From Intoshia linei (Eukaryota > Animalia > Orthonectida): a DNA stretch of 64,000 nt. Under the pieces are notes generated by a model. The model did no database searches, had not been told where the DNA came from, and saw only the letters and a program-made list of their open reading frames with translations. Shown here one piece after another: positions 51,122 through 64,000 of this stretch (the stretch's first letter is position 1; each line of letters starts with the position of its first letter). Location: contig LWCA01000051.1 in NCBI GenBank assembly GCA_001642005.1, forward strand, positions 2,592 through 66,591, written 5' to 3'. A program made the position numbers and the translations under genes.

Positions 51122-54100
51122 ATGTTTTATACCAGAAGTAGGCTTACAAACTTAATTTTTCATAAAGTGTCTCTTTTTTCGAAATTATGTTACTTTGTAA
51201 AATTTTCTTCTAAACCACACTTCATTCCTAAACAGCAACATATATTTAAACAAACAGACATTTACATCATGTATAAGGAAAATTTAGGAGACAAGTCTTT
51301 TAAGATAAAAAATGTTGCTCAACTAATTAGTTTCAAATCTATGATAACAAACGAACTTTTGGAAATTAAACAAATTTTTCATGATAATAATTTCCAATTG
51401 AAAGTGGCTGGAGGAGCAGTTCGGGATTTATTGGTTTCAAATTCTACTCCCCACGATTTAGATTTCGCTACTACTGCTACGCCTGCTGAAATGGTTGAAA
51501 TGTTTAATAAATTGAATATACGAATGTTTAATTTCAATGGAGAGAAACATGGCACTGTTACCATTAGATATAAAGAAAAGGTAGAATAGCCGATAATTGA
51601 ATTTGATTAATTTTACAGAATTACGAAATTACAACACTAAGAATTGATCGACTTACCGATGGACGCCATGCAAAAGTTGAATTTATTACAGATTGGTATT
51701 ATGACGCCCTTCGTCGCGATTTAACTGTTAATTCATTGTTCTTGGGTATATTTTTCAAATTTACAATAATACATACATCTTACAAGATTTTGACGGGAAT
51801 ATTCATGATTATTTCAATGGAATTCAAGATATTGAAGATAAAAACATTCAATTTGTCGGAAACCCCAATAGTCGTATTCAGGAAGATTATCTCAGAATTT
51901 TTCGTTACTTCAGGTAAAAATGTATACAGACAACCAGATTCTTAAAATCTAACAAGTAAGTTAGATTTTAAGAGTTATCATAATTTAAAAATTTTTTAAT
52001 TAATTTTTTTACTATTTAAAATGTCTGATTGGTAAAAACATATTACTAACCTCTTAAAGTATAATTTAAGCATTTTATTGATTGTGTTAATTATGTAGTT
52101 TGATATTTTCCATATTGTGGCAATCATATCATTTTTGTCTTGATTTATCTTTAATTTTTTAAAAGTTCATAGATGAGTAGATAGTTTAAAATTTTATTAA
52201 TTTTCCCTAAATTACAATTACACGTTTCAATTCGTTTAATCCAGAAAGAATCCTTACGCACCGAGACTCCTCTTCGGGTCTCGAGTATGACAGGCTGGGA
52301 TCGGGTTAAATTGTTTCGTTATTAATAAAATTTAGTCACATTTTCTTATAATAATATTATACCTTATGCACTTTGATTGTATTATTAACTTTTTTATATA
52401 AAATGAAAATACATTACAAATATGTTAATAACTTAAAAATGAAATTGATCAAACTTCCTATTTTTATTGAACGGAGTGTATCTGCTGGAATGTATTTATT
52501 AGCATTTTGTCATACTTTTTGATTACGTGCTTATTGTGTCCCATTTAAAGTTGTTAAAATATTAATGTATTGTCAAAATTATTATCAAATAAATTAATCG
52601 ATATATTTAAGTGGTGTTACATTTTAAAATGGCATACTAAGAATTTTTTATTATTATAGCTAATACTTACGTTTCGTGTCCAATTTAGTGAAATTAAAAA
52701 TTATGATCATATCTCAAATGGTTGACCTACAACGTCATTAACTTAATTATTTGATCCCATTTTTGTTTAAATAGTATTGTCCAAAACACTTAACATTTCA
52801 CTAAAATTAATGAGAAATTTAAGTTTTAAAAATTTTGTATCGAATTTGTCTCATAGTTGGTGGTACTTGTCTAGTAATAAGCATAAGTTTTAAGTTGGAA
52901 CTTCCAACCCCTCATGATACTTTTCAGAAAATCATTTTAAAAACCTAGAAAATTATGACTAGTATAAATTAAGCAAATTTTCAGTGATTAAAATAACTTT
53001 TAGATTTTTTTATCGACTTTGTGATGGTGAGAATCATAACAAAGAAAGTATTGAAGCTATAAATGACAATCGATCTGGAATTGAACGTAAGTATTTTATT
53101 TTATTTGTTGATATACAACGAGGTTGTATATCAACGTTTTTTCATAATTCGTCAAAATGGGTGACGCGATATATTTTGAAATTTATTTTAGTTTTTTATT
53201 GCAGATCATACATTCCAAAAATTACATTAAATGTTCAAAGTAACAATTGTCAACTCTTTCAAATATTTGATTTTTTTTCTAGAGTCGATTTATTAAAATT
53301 TAGAATTGCATTTCGCGATTTTTTTAATGTATAGCCGTCATTTTAAGATTTCCCAATTTGATATATGAATTTTTGAGATTTGTCCTGCCACTACTGTTTA
53401 TTAATAATCATTATTAAATATTAAACTATGTATTTAGGAGTGTCCGGTGAACGAATTTATCGTGAAATTAAATTAATTCTTTCTGGTAAAAGATGGACAG
53501 ATTGTCTAATAAAAATGCACGAATGCGAACTTTTTAAATATATTGGTAAATTTATTATAATTTACATAAGGCTTCTCAAAATGGGCGATATCGCTATCAA
53601 GGGGCCGATTTTAAAAATTATAAAAACTTTTTTTCTAAACTATGTAATTTACTTTTAAACTTTGAAGAAACTTCTTATTCTACTTTTTCATCATCATACC
53701 CGGTTGAACGTGGATTCAGTGTTGTAATGAATTTATTGACCAAAAATAGGAATAGATTACAAATATTCGACCGTGAAGATTTCCGATTGATGTTGACTGA
53801 CATAAAAAATTAGTAGATCAATATTACATTTATTTTTCATATTTATTATTGGGGAGTAATTAATTTGTCAGTATTTCTTTAAAATAACTAAATTATTTAA
53901 TTATAGTATTACTGATATTTTTTAATAAAAAATTTTCTGTATTTTCAACATAAAATTGTTCTACGTTTGGTAACAAAATTAGAAGCAGTAGAGAAATTTC
54001 TTTTATTTTGTGTTGACGTAGGTTGAACGGTCATAAGGGCTTTCTTTAATTTTAACAATCTTGATAATAACGTTCCAGTTCGTAACAACTCATAATATAT

Positions 54101-55006
54101 TTTAAAATAATGTTGGAAAAAGAGGATAATTCCCTTAAGTGTTAGTAATTTGTAGTATTAATAAGAGGTTTTTAAAAAAAATATTGGAAAAAGGATATTT
54201 TTCCATTAAGGGTTGGAAAATTAGATTTTTTATTTGTGGTTTGATGAAGTATATTAAAAACTTTGTAAATATATCATAATCAGTTGAATCAAAAAAATTA
54301 ATTAATAAATAATTATTGAGTAAATTTTTAAATACATATTATACAACGTAGTCTAAAATGTTTTCAAGGGGACGTTGAAAACATATATTGCTAAAAAGGG
54401 GGCGGTATACCAAATGAGTTTGGTACCTCTGATTTACATTGTTAATAAATTTAATTCCATTTTGAGGTTTACCAAATGTAAATTTAAGCCATTTCAAAAA
54501 AGTATCGAAAACTTTGCCATCGAATAAAATCATGGAAATTACGAAATTGGTCTGTTTATTTGATTCTATAGATCAGGTTTTTAATTTTTAATCCCACTTT
54601 AATTGTTTAGGTTGAAATATTTAGAAATAGGTGTAAAATATCAAATTTTGAATACAAATTGCTATGCTTCATTATCGAATCAAAACTGACATTTTTTCAA
54701 GTTCCAGAAGAAACACAAATCAAAATTGCCAAAAATTACCTTGTTGATGATTCTAATGAAACCTCCCGCAAAATGATACAACAAACCTTGCTTTTTTATG
54801 GCAATACACAAATTCACATTATCGATGAATGGAAAATACCAAAATTTCCTGTAACTGGAACAATGTTGCTCAACAAAAATGTAAAAAAAGGACCATTTGT
54901 AAAAAGTGCATTAGATGAACTGAAAAAAATATGGAAAGATGAAAATTTTCTGTCCACATCCGATAAATTACTGCAACAATTGAACCCACAGTATATAATT
55001 AAATAA
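51122..55006 (+). CDS. TRNT1: CCA-adding tRNA nucleotidyltransferase (class II), ~7 exons, N-terminal mitochondrial-presequence-like segment
   Basis: [93 protein letters not shown]. Confidence 0.95.
53567..53805 (+). mobile_element. Buster/Charlie hAT remnant in TRNT1 intron
   Basis: [37 protein letters not shown] resembles the C-terminus of Buster/Charlie-type transposases; degenerate left terminus. Confidence 0.7.
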
Positions 55007-55249
55007 ATTTGTTAATATCAAAATGTTGGTCTAATTTTAGTTTGTTTACTATTAGGTAATAGTGCAGTTCTTCTTAAGCTTTTTTAGATATCGTTTTATT
55101 AATTTTCTATTAAAACGAATAACTATTATAATTAAAAAACTATTAGCCTAAAATGTAGGCCCTAAATTAACAATCAGGCAGATTAATACCAAATTTTAAT
55201 AAAATTTGCAAAAAATGTACATATATTGACATATAGACAATTTATAAAT

Positions 55250-58200
55250 CTAATCTTGTTTCGTTTGGTGTATTTTCATATGAAGGGAAATTAAATTTGC
55301 CTCTTCGCAGCTGTAATCACATATAGTACAAGAATTTGATTTTTTTGCATTGTGGCACGAAATATGTTTAATGAAACCATAATTATTGAAACATAAATAA
55401 GGACATTTGCTACAAGTGTACATTTTAGAGTCAACAAGTGAATGTTTCTGCCGTTGAACGGTAGCATCGATTAAATTTTCTAGGGTATTATTTTTCATAG
55501 TATACAAGTAGTGCTTCTTTGCAAAATTATTCAAATGATCAATATTATCATTGATTAATTTCATTCTAACGTTAAATTCTTTATTGGGTGGATAAGGATA
55601 AACTTTCTTTTTAAAATTTATAATTTCATTTATTTTTTTATTTTCATTTTCTTGTCCGTTTAAAATAGACAAATCTGTTGAATCCATTCCATCATTCAAT
55701 ACGCTTGAATCTTGAATACGTTTATTTTTGTAGTTACTAGAATGCACCGCAAAGTGTTGCACAAGATGTCGTTTTCTAGAAACCCAGTAATCGCACAACG
55801 TGCATTTAACAAAATTTTCGCGTTTAACGTGAAATTGTAAGTGTTTGTAAAATGTATCCTTCATCTTCGTGTCATATGGACACTTTGTGCAATAATATAT
55901 TTGTTTTGGGTGTTTATTAAATACACGAAAATTATCCTTTTGGGTTGTAGAATGTACATTTAAATGTAATAACAACTCGACTGAATCGTCTACAAAATAT
56001 GGACAAAGGTGGCACCTGTAACGAGATAAAAATCTGATATGACTATTACAATGAATTTCCATTGCATTTTTATCAAAACCACGATAACCACACATGGTAC
56101 AAGTGTAAAAATTGTTAAATTTTTTTAAATACCCGAGATGAGAATTTTGATGTTTTAAATTTGTAAATGATTTGGTTTTGGAATTGACTAAAACATTAGC
56201 AACATTCAAAGAATTAAAATTAATCATTTTAACGTTTAAATTATCTATAAAATTTTTTTCGGCAAATTTCCTATATATCCCGCTTTCACGAACACTTGAA
56301 TGTACATTTTCTAAATGCAAATAAATTTTCCATTTTTTCCATTCACCAAAACTACACAATTTGCATTCGTAACGATACTTTTTATGCATAACGTATAAAT
56401 GATTGTCTGCGAAATTATACAAATTTTGGTTGCAAATAAGACATTCATAACTTTGGTACCTTTTTACTGGAGAATCATTTTCAAAATTCGTAATAAACAA
56501 GTGCGCCAAATATCCCTTTAATAAAACAGTCGGGGAATAAGTGACATATTCTTCAATAGATTCAAATTTAAATTCTGAATTTGCGTGACATTTAAGAAAG
56601 TGCGTGTCCATTTTTTTAGAATAATAACATTTGAAAGGACAATAACTACACAAATACCTATTGCATTCCACGATTGTTGATTTTACACATTTTTTATTTG
56701 TACATAAATGTTCCACAATTTGAATCAATAAATTAGATGCGTAGTTGCATTTAAAACACTGGTATGGCTGAGGACAGAGATTGTTTTTAGTTTTATCCAA
56801 AATACAATCATCTGACAAGTTGTGTTGTTGGATGTGGCAGTTTAAGGCTTCTTTGTGAGTTTTATCGTTATTCATAGGGAGAATTGAATAGGCCAGTCTG
56901 CCGTTTTTTGAAAAAACATAACATTCTTGAAAATTAAATTCTGATTTCTTAGTCTAAAAAAAGCATAAATTATAATAATATTTAATAATATACTAATTGC
57001 ATATTTTGGATTTTTTCAGATATCTTATCATAATCATGCATAAATATTTCAGAGTGTTTTTTGTGTAAATGGTACTTTATATTCGCCTAAAATAAATCAT
57101 TAAATTTCAAATTGAAAGATCTCATGAAGGTGGGAAACCAGAAAAACCAAGGGCGGTCTTCTAAGCAATTAGCAACCTTATTGAAAATGAAAAAAATGAA
57201 ATTAGTTTTTTATCAGCATGGATGAACTTCAAATCAAAATTTAACCGACAAGACCGGTATATGTGTAACAGGAAGTTTTTTTAATCCGCCTACTGAATAC
57301 ATTAATATTTATTAAATTTTTATATAAAAACCTTTCCATATAAGAAATGTGTACAAAAACTACACTTGAACGTCATACATGCTTGATTTTCATTGATATG
57401 TTGAACAAGGGAATCTTTATTCTTGTGAAAGAATAAACAAGATTGACATTTAAACATGTACTTGTAATTAATTTGATTATATTTTTCCATTTTTACATTT
57501 GAAGCTTGTCGTAATTTGTCACATATAGATCGTTTAAAAGAAATGACGCCTTTGTATTTATTGGGAAAATTACACTTTCGACGATTTTTTAATTTCTGGA
57601 AAGTAGTTTTCGAAACTTGCAAACTTGATATTTTTCCATAGTTGTCATAAAAATTATTTTGTGCCTTATCTTGACTTAAATCCAACGAGTTTAATTGACA
57701 ATCAAGAATATCAGTAATAGAGAATTTGGTGGGCTCTTTAATTTTTAATTTAATTGCAGTAAAATTATTTTTAAAAGTATCAGACGTAGAAACGATTGTT
57801 TCGGATTTAATAGATTTGGAATGTATTTGTTTAATACTTTGCGAGTCACAAATTTGAAATGTATGAACGTTTGTATTTGATTGTTTGCGCAAGTTTGAAA
57901 TTTTTTTATTTAATTCAGTCAAAGATAAATTTGAGGTTTCAAATGAATCAATAAGTTTTGTTTCCGTATCATTCATGGCTCGACATAATATATTTTCTTG
58001 GTTAATATTAGTTTCCAGTTTTATAAATTTATGTGGAATAATTTCAGAGAAATCGTGTTGCAATTGACTATTTACATTATTCATATTTTGCAATTTTATA
58101 GATTCACCACTATTGAAATGTTCATATAATGGTAAACCTTTCAAACTTTGATCATCATAAATACATTGGCTGTGGCGTTTACTGGCTATGGTATCTATGG

Positions 58201-58264
58201 TCTTAATGGGTGCTGAATATTTCATTTGTGTCATTTTATGCTTCAAATAAATGCAGTTCAATCC
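55250..58264 (-). CDS. Multi-C2H2 zinc-finger protein (paired fingers) with eh1-like motif; 5' end uncertain
   Basis: Exons ~57332-58264, 56994-57086 and 55250-56953 join in frame (FKCSFCTHFLYGK|ANIKYHLHKKH completes a finger). More than 10 CxxC-x12-Hx3-4H fingers. Confidence 0.85.
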
Positions 58265-58816
58265 TTAAAATTGTTAGATTATCGCTCAATTGTCCAAAAA
58301 ATATGTAGCACTGGTAATTTGATTTGTCTGGAATTGAAAATTACAGGTCCACAGACAATAAGATCATGGTGATCGTGCTTAATGCCAATTTTTATAAGTT
58401 GAAATTTAAATTATGTGCACTGAAACATGTAATTGTTGTATTGTTCTGAATTATTTTTCAATACATGCCACATATTTCGGTAAAATTAACAGTGACATGG
58501 ATTACTTTTTTTAAATGATCAAATTAATACAACTTAATACTAATATTTTTATGATTTGACTCTAAAATGCACTTTGATTTAGTTTAGATTTCAATTTTGA
58601 ACAGTGGTTCCCAAATTTTTTACTGTTGCAACGCGGTCAAAAATTTAGGTAAATATTTGGCGACACACCCAATATGTAAATTTTTTTTGACAATTCAAAT
58701 CGATTTGCCCGAAAAATTTGACTGGGTTTTTCTGGAATAGTCTCCAAAAAAATGTGACATAATGTTAAAACATTATTAAAATGACTACAAAATTTTTGAT
58801 ATAATTATTTTTAATA

Positions 58817-59125
58817 CAGTGGTTGTCGATTTAAAGCACACTTGTTTGTTTTTGGTAGATTTAAAAAGAAAAAAATATTAATTTCAACATTAAATACTAA
58901 ATGGATACATTTCTTATATTGCGGGTACTCTATTTCCTATTTAAATGTGAATTCTCATATTTTAATAATTTTGAAAAATTAAAAATAAAGCACATATTTA
59001 TTTTAAACCACAGCATTTATTGCGAGTTCTATTTTTCATATACATTATCTTTAGAAAATCTCGAAAACATTAAATTTAAAGTACGCTATTTTTCAGAAAG
59101 CCGTGGTTTAAATCGACAACCACTG
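58817..59125. mobile_element. Tc1/mariner-type MITE
   Basis: Perfect 19-bp TIR cagtggttgtcgatttaaa flanked by TA on both sides. Confidence 0.9.
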
Positions 59126-59970
59126 TATATATAATATTTTTGATTTGTTTGAAATTGTTTATTGTGAAAACCTAAAAAAATGATCCGCTATTAGATCATC
59201 AGTAATCATTTTATAATAAAAGTTAATACTATACAGTAAAATAAAAAATTTGTAATAATTAAGGGTTATTGAATATAATTTGTCAATAAGTTTGAAGAAT
59301 ATTCAATAAAGATATATGGGTGGAAATCTAATAAATTGAATAAATTCCTTCAAATTTTTTTTCATTTCAAATACAAATTTCAAAATCACTTTGTATATAA
59401 TTTTAGTCTAAAACTACAACAAAGTATAAATTTGTTATTATCATTTTTATTACAATGTTGGTAAAATTTAACCGAAATGTTTTTAAAGTGCTAATTCCGT
59501 TAATTATTGATACCAAATTGTTATTTTTTACTCACCAACAGCAGATACTAAATATACACCATCATATTGAAAAAGACAATATCGGTATTTACTATTTTTC
59601 TGAGATTGAAGCTATTTATGACAATTTTGAGGATTGTACTGTTTGTACTTTATTGTTAAGATTATACACACATTTTGTTTAATAAATTAAAAAATAGGAT
59701 CATAAAATTGTTATTAAAATTCTTTACGAAAATGTTAACAAAATAAAATTAAGGTGGAATAATTTACTTTTAATTAAAAGGTAATGTGATATGAAGTGTC
59801 CACCGTTGAGAAAAGTGTGTGAACCCTTGGTTTGCACTTTATCAATGTATTTTTCATGGTTATGAGATTATTAATTTCGTCTTTTACCTGGTTTGATAAA
59901 TATTACATATTCATGTATATAGTGAAAAGGGGTTTTATTGTATTTACAATATACATTATAATATTCTAAA

Positions 59971-60230
59971 TTATAAATCTTTGTATGATAAATTGAAATG
60001 ATTAAGCGTTTTCTTCAGTTTTTCGTAATTATGAGTTTTTGGTATTAATAATTCATTGTCTATTTTATTTTTGGGTGAAATTGTAGTTGAAATTGATTTT
60101 CTCTGTTTTTTTGGTTCAGGTTCTTGAAATTCATTATTTAAAACTTCGATTTGTAACTCTTTTTCTGGTGAGATCTTGATAATTTCTTGTGCTTCTTTTC
60201 TGATATTTTTCTTATCCATATCCGAATCGG
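59971..60230 (-). CDS. Possible terminal exon or small ORF with NLS-like PKKQRK
   Basis: 82-aa hydrophilic ORF preceded by a TTAG acceptor at ~60231. Upstream exons not identified. Confidence 0.3.
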
Positions 60231-60451
60231 CTAAATAAGATAATTAAAAAAAATAAACAAATAAATTTAATACTGTAAAAAAGTTGAGAATTAATATTAA
60301 ATTATTAATAATGTGAGGCTCAGTCACCAAACAAAATATTGAACTATAATTTTAATTTAAGAAATTTCAAAATTATATAAAGCTTCTCCGTCTTGCATAT
60401 CCAAAATTTTGAGTAATAAGGATAATTGATATACGTAAATGATAGTTTTAT

Positions 60452-60635
60452 TCAGATGACAGTGAAGATTATGAAGATGGCTCTGTTGCATTTGACACCT
60501 TTAACGAGTTTGTTGTTGCGAGAACATTAGAGTCTCTCTCGAAAGTTATTCATAACGTTAGGAAGATTGTAAAATAGTTCAAAAAGAGTTCAGTCAAAAA
60601 TTATATGTTACAGAAGTATGTATAGAGGGATCATA
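60452..60635 (+). pseudogene. hAT transposase fragment with stops
   Basis: DDSEDYED..LSKVIHNVRKIVK*FKKSSVKNYMLQKYV* resembles the hAT segment preceding the TRWNS motif. Confidence 0.65.
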
Positions 60636-61706
60636 GATTAAATACAGGTGTACCATTTAGAACGATGCACTTGTTAAAACATTTCATATTATGAGTGCAC
60701 TGACGAAATAAAGAACAAATCAACTGTATAAAAACAAGTTTGTTGTTAAACAAAGTTGAACACTAGGGGTGTGACCAAATTTTATAAATTAAGTCCTGTA
60801 TCGGCAAAAGTTGTAATTGACTACTATCTGTCCGGCCATAAAGGACATGATCACTCCATAATTAGGAGTCACTTGTCCTATGCATGGTTCTCAGTGGTCA
60901 TATTATCGATGATAGCTGAGTCCTTATGGCTCCTTATAGCTGAGCCCCGGATGGAGAGTAGATAAAATATATAACTTCACAAAATGTATACTACTACACG
61001 ATGTTCCCAGGGAATTAAATGTTATCATGACAAAGGATAAAAATAAAATGTTTGACTTTAAATCTGTGGTATAGTACGATATATCTTTTGGATTAGCGAA
61101 GATAAGCGCTTATTCATCAGGAGCACTCCCACACCTTTACACTTTCTTTGTAACTTACCTTGCATTCATGACAAATGTGGATTATTTGAACATGATTATT
61201 ACAAGGGACTCTGATACACAGTGTTATACTGATGGCCATACGTGTTGTGCGATATTTAAGAACACAAACGGTATTGCAAACTACTGGATATGTTGCTGAT
61301 AAAATTATAGAACCCAAAAAGGACAAAAACAAATTGGTCAGATTCATTAACGAAACCAGACTTAATTTCAAATTCGACTCAGAAGACCTCTCAATGACTG
61401 AGGCAATACTAGTTAAATGTCAGATTAGACCCAGTAGCTTGGCTGCTTATCTGCAAGAAGTTGTAGTTGAGGATAAAATACTGTAAAACCAGTGTAAATA
61501 GAAAAATAAACCAATCAAAATTAAATATGATTAAACTTGTCGACATGAAAAGTCGTTAAAAATACCAGTCAGTTGGTGGGTATCCACGCCTTGGTGCCTT
61601 AGTAATCGAGTTGAGAGGTGTAGTGTTGTTATGGTTGTTAAAGTGAGCGACAACTCGCTCACTTTATAATTTTGTTTAAATTATCACATTGAATTTGTCT
61701 TGAAAT

Positions 61707-62234
61707 CAGTGGCGACTCTCCAACTCGGGTTACTCGGGCAAAGCCCAAGTTGATATTTTTATATTTTTTGAAAAATTATAAAAATATTAAAAAAAATAAA
61801 ATATTTAATATTTTCGAGTGTTAAATTAATTTCTAATTTGTAAATATGAACACAATTATATATTCAATCTGAAATTCAGAAAAAATTATTCACTTGTAAG
61901 CGAAATATTTGCATAAATGTTTAAATCAATTTAAATTCACATAACTCGGGCACATTTTCATTTGACTAATAATAAATCTATGGATTCAATTTATATAGCG
62001 GTGTGCACCTGATAATGAGAAATTATTTATATCTTGGTTATGTTATTTTTAAATATCGTTACAAAAAATTTTAATCTTTATTTTGTATTTATAATTTTCA
62101 CATTTAGTTTATAATTACTTCTTATTTGTAAATTTTTTTTTATATTTATTATTTTCAAATATAATTTGAAAAAAAAATGTGTTTGTCATAAAAATTTTAG
62201 CCCGAGTGATCTTGATTATCCAGATTCGTCACTG
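61707..62234. mobile_element. hAT MITE
   Basis: TIRs cagtggcgactct / agattcgtcactg, subterminal ctcggg motifs, perfect TSD cttgaaat. Confidence 0.88.
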
Positions 62235-62422
62235 CTTGAAATTATCTATTATAAGTTTCGCTGTGAAAATAAGACCTTCGACGCTGGAACATTACACATA
62301 GTAAGACACTTTGGTTAGCAGATTTTACTATGCCTTTTTAACTTCAAAATAATTAATTTTTAAAATAAATTTAAAGTACGCAATATCGTTAAAATAAATA
62401 TTTCACATCTACCGTAAAGTTA

Positions 62423-62592
62423 ATGCTAAAAGAGAAGAGAAGAAATTTTACTTTAAGGTTACTTGAATTACAATCTGAACATGCAAATATAGTGTTTATA
62501 GATGAAAGAAATTTTAATTTACACATTTCAAGAAGGGAATGTAGATCACAGCGCGGTGAGCGTTGTACCTCAATTGCGGCTGGATCAAGGGG
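62423..62592 (+). pseudogene. IS630/Tc1-superfamily transposase fragment (family 1)
   Basis: IVFIDERNFNLHISRRECRSQRGERC..GSRG carries the first catalytic D motif of an IS630-like DDE transposase. Confidence 0.65.
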
Positions 62593-63306
62593 TACAAAAA
62601 GAACAGAAAATTTTGGTGCACATTAAAAAAAAACAAAAATATCAATTATTGGAACAAAGTTGTATTTAGTGATGAATCAAAGATTTGTTTGTGTAGAAAA
62701 AACATAAGAAATGTTCGTAGACGACCAAATTCAAGGTATAACGACAAATATGTCACTCAATCACAAAAATTTTCAAAATCGATAATGGTGTGGGGTGCAA
62801 TTAAATTTGATGGATCAAGGGTAATTGAATTATGCCGGGGCAATGTAAACTCCGAGGAGTATTAACGAATATTAAGATCAAAATTAAGGGATATTTATGA
62901 GCCCAATATAATACTACAGCAAGATATGGTGCTCCCTGTCATCGTTCTCGCTCCACCAAAGATTTTCTACTTACCAGCAATATTGAGACGTTGTATAATT
63001 GGCCCAGTCAGAGTCCATATTTAAATATTATTGAAAATATGTGGTTCATATTAAAGAAGAACGTGTCTAAAAGAGCCTACCTCCCAAAATTTGACCGGGT
63101 TGTGGGATATGTTGTCGAAAATTGAATTTTCCATAATAAAAAATTTATATGAATCCATACCTCGAAGAATAAATTCAGTAATAAAATGTAAAGGAGTTAT
63201 TAATTTATTTTATTTGATTGTATATAATTGATGGTCACAATGTCAACATTTTCTTATAATTTATGTAAATTTTAATTTACATGCCAGTTTATTTTGCACG
63301 GCACTG
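62593..63306 (+). mobile_element. 5'-truncated Tc1-like transposon pseudogene (apparent DD35E) with right terminus
   Basis: WNKVVFSDESK, IMVWGAI, stop, LQQD/[+2 nt]GAPCH, WPSQSPYLNIIENMW, LYESIPRRI; ends ..gcacggcactg|TA. Confidence 0.9.
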
Positions 63307-63474
63307 TATACCATAATTTCCAATTTTTTGATGAATTATTTAAAATCTATATTAAAATTCGACCCACTGTCAAAAAGCGATGAGGAAATAATTGATATTA
63401 TAGGTTGTAGTGATATATCGCTATCATACTAATCGAGATTCGAATATATACTTTTGATATTACTCACTTGTGAT

Positions 63475-63530
63475 GTCTAACTGGCAGAGTGGTTATATAA
63501 TTGTATTCTGCGTGGTTAGGTTCGAATCAA
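63475..63530 (+). promoter_or_regulatory. tRNA-derived Pol III internal promoter (A box + B box); SINE head or tRNA pseudogene
   Basis: TGGCAGAGTGG (63482-63492) fits the A box and GGTTCGAATC (63519-63528) fits the B box. No convincing cloverleaf. Confidence 0.5.
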
Positions 63531-63689
63531 GATTTGGAGATCTTTTTATTTAAGATGAACTTATCAGAGTTCTTATCTGCCAATCGTTACATAGGTAATG
63601 AAATTAATCTGATATACATACAACAAATATAGAACTTGAAACTGAACCAATTAAACTATTGGAAGATGGATGGTCTCGAAAATAAAACC

Positions 63690-63830
63690 TATAAATGAAC
63701 CTAAGTTTATGGGTAACAAAAGAATAAAAACATTGGAACCTTTAGATTATGTGAATGATTATTTTCATCTTTTTTTTACGAAAGAATTAGTCAATTCTTT
63801 TTATTCATCAACTAAATTAAAGTGGCCAGA
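63690..63830 (+). pseudogene. Possible piggyBac transposase remnant
   Basis: EPKFMGNK..PLDYVNDYFHLFFTKELVNSF resembles the PGBD 'DYFxLFFTxEL' region; stops nearby. Confidence 0.4.
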
Positions 63831-64000
63831 TTTTTAACGTACTACATACGTATTATGTTGTGCGGTTACCAAGACTTACAATATCTAGCTCAAACTTTAT
63901 TACAACTTGTTTAAAGATTTGTAAATTAAATCCTATTTAACAAATACTGGAAAATAAGGCTTAAAAAACCTTCAAAGGGCTTAACAATTTTTAAACAATA

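Noticed and set aside
63475-63545. Functional tRNA gene
   Set aside because: A-to-B spacing too short and no acceptor or anticodon stem pairing.

Overview
Very AT-rich, compact animal nuclear DNA, not prokaryotic. Most introns are only about 30-45 nt (GT-AG), and the longer ones are filled with non-autonomous DNA transposons. This style resembles the orthonectid Intoshia linei, but that is inference. Spliced genes reconstructed by eye, in order: Ttd14 (5'-partial), NUDT9 with a 124-aa orphan ORF 10 nt upstream, a GLD-2/TENT2-type poly(A) polymerase missed by the ORF track, a very divergent DBHS (NONO/SFPQ/nonA-like) protein, MED6, NDUFB4, Elongin C, UBR7, Meis/homothorax, PP2C (PPM1A/B-like), ASCC3, PRPF31, TRNT1 and a multi-C2H2 zinc-finger gene. 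The last ~4 kb is a transposon graveyard with hAT, Tc1/IS630-like and piggyBac-like remnants and a tRNA-derived Pol III promoter. Main leads: the divergent DBHS protein; the ORF/NUDT9 bicistronic or +1-frameshift arrangement; four convergent gene pairs with stop codons only 16-31 nt apart; inverted repeat elements bracketing a GLD-2 exon; a Pbx-Meis decamer and TGACAG cluster inside Meis; and a recurrent GTTGC motif upstream of housekeeping ATGs. No searches were run. Exon boundaries are manual and may be off by a few bases.
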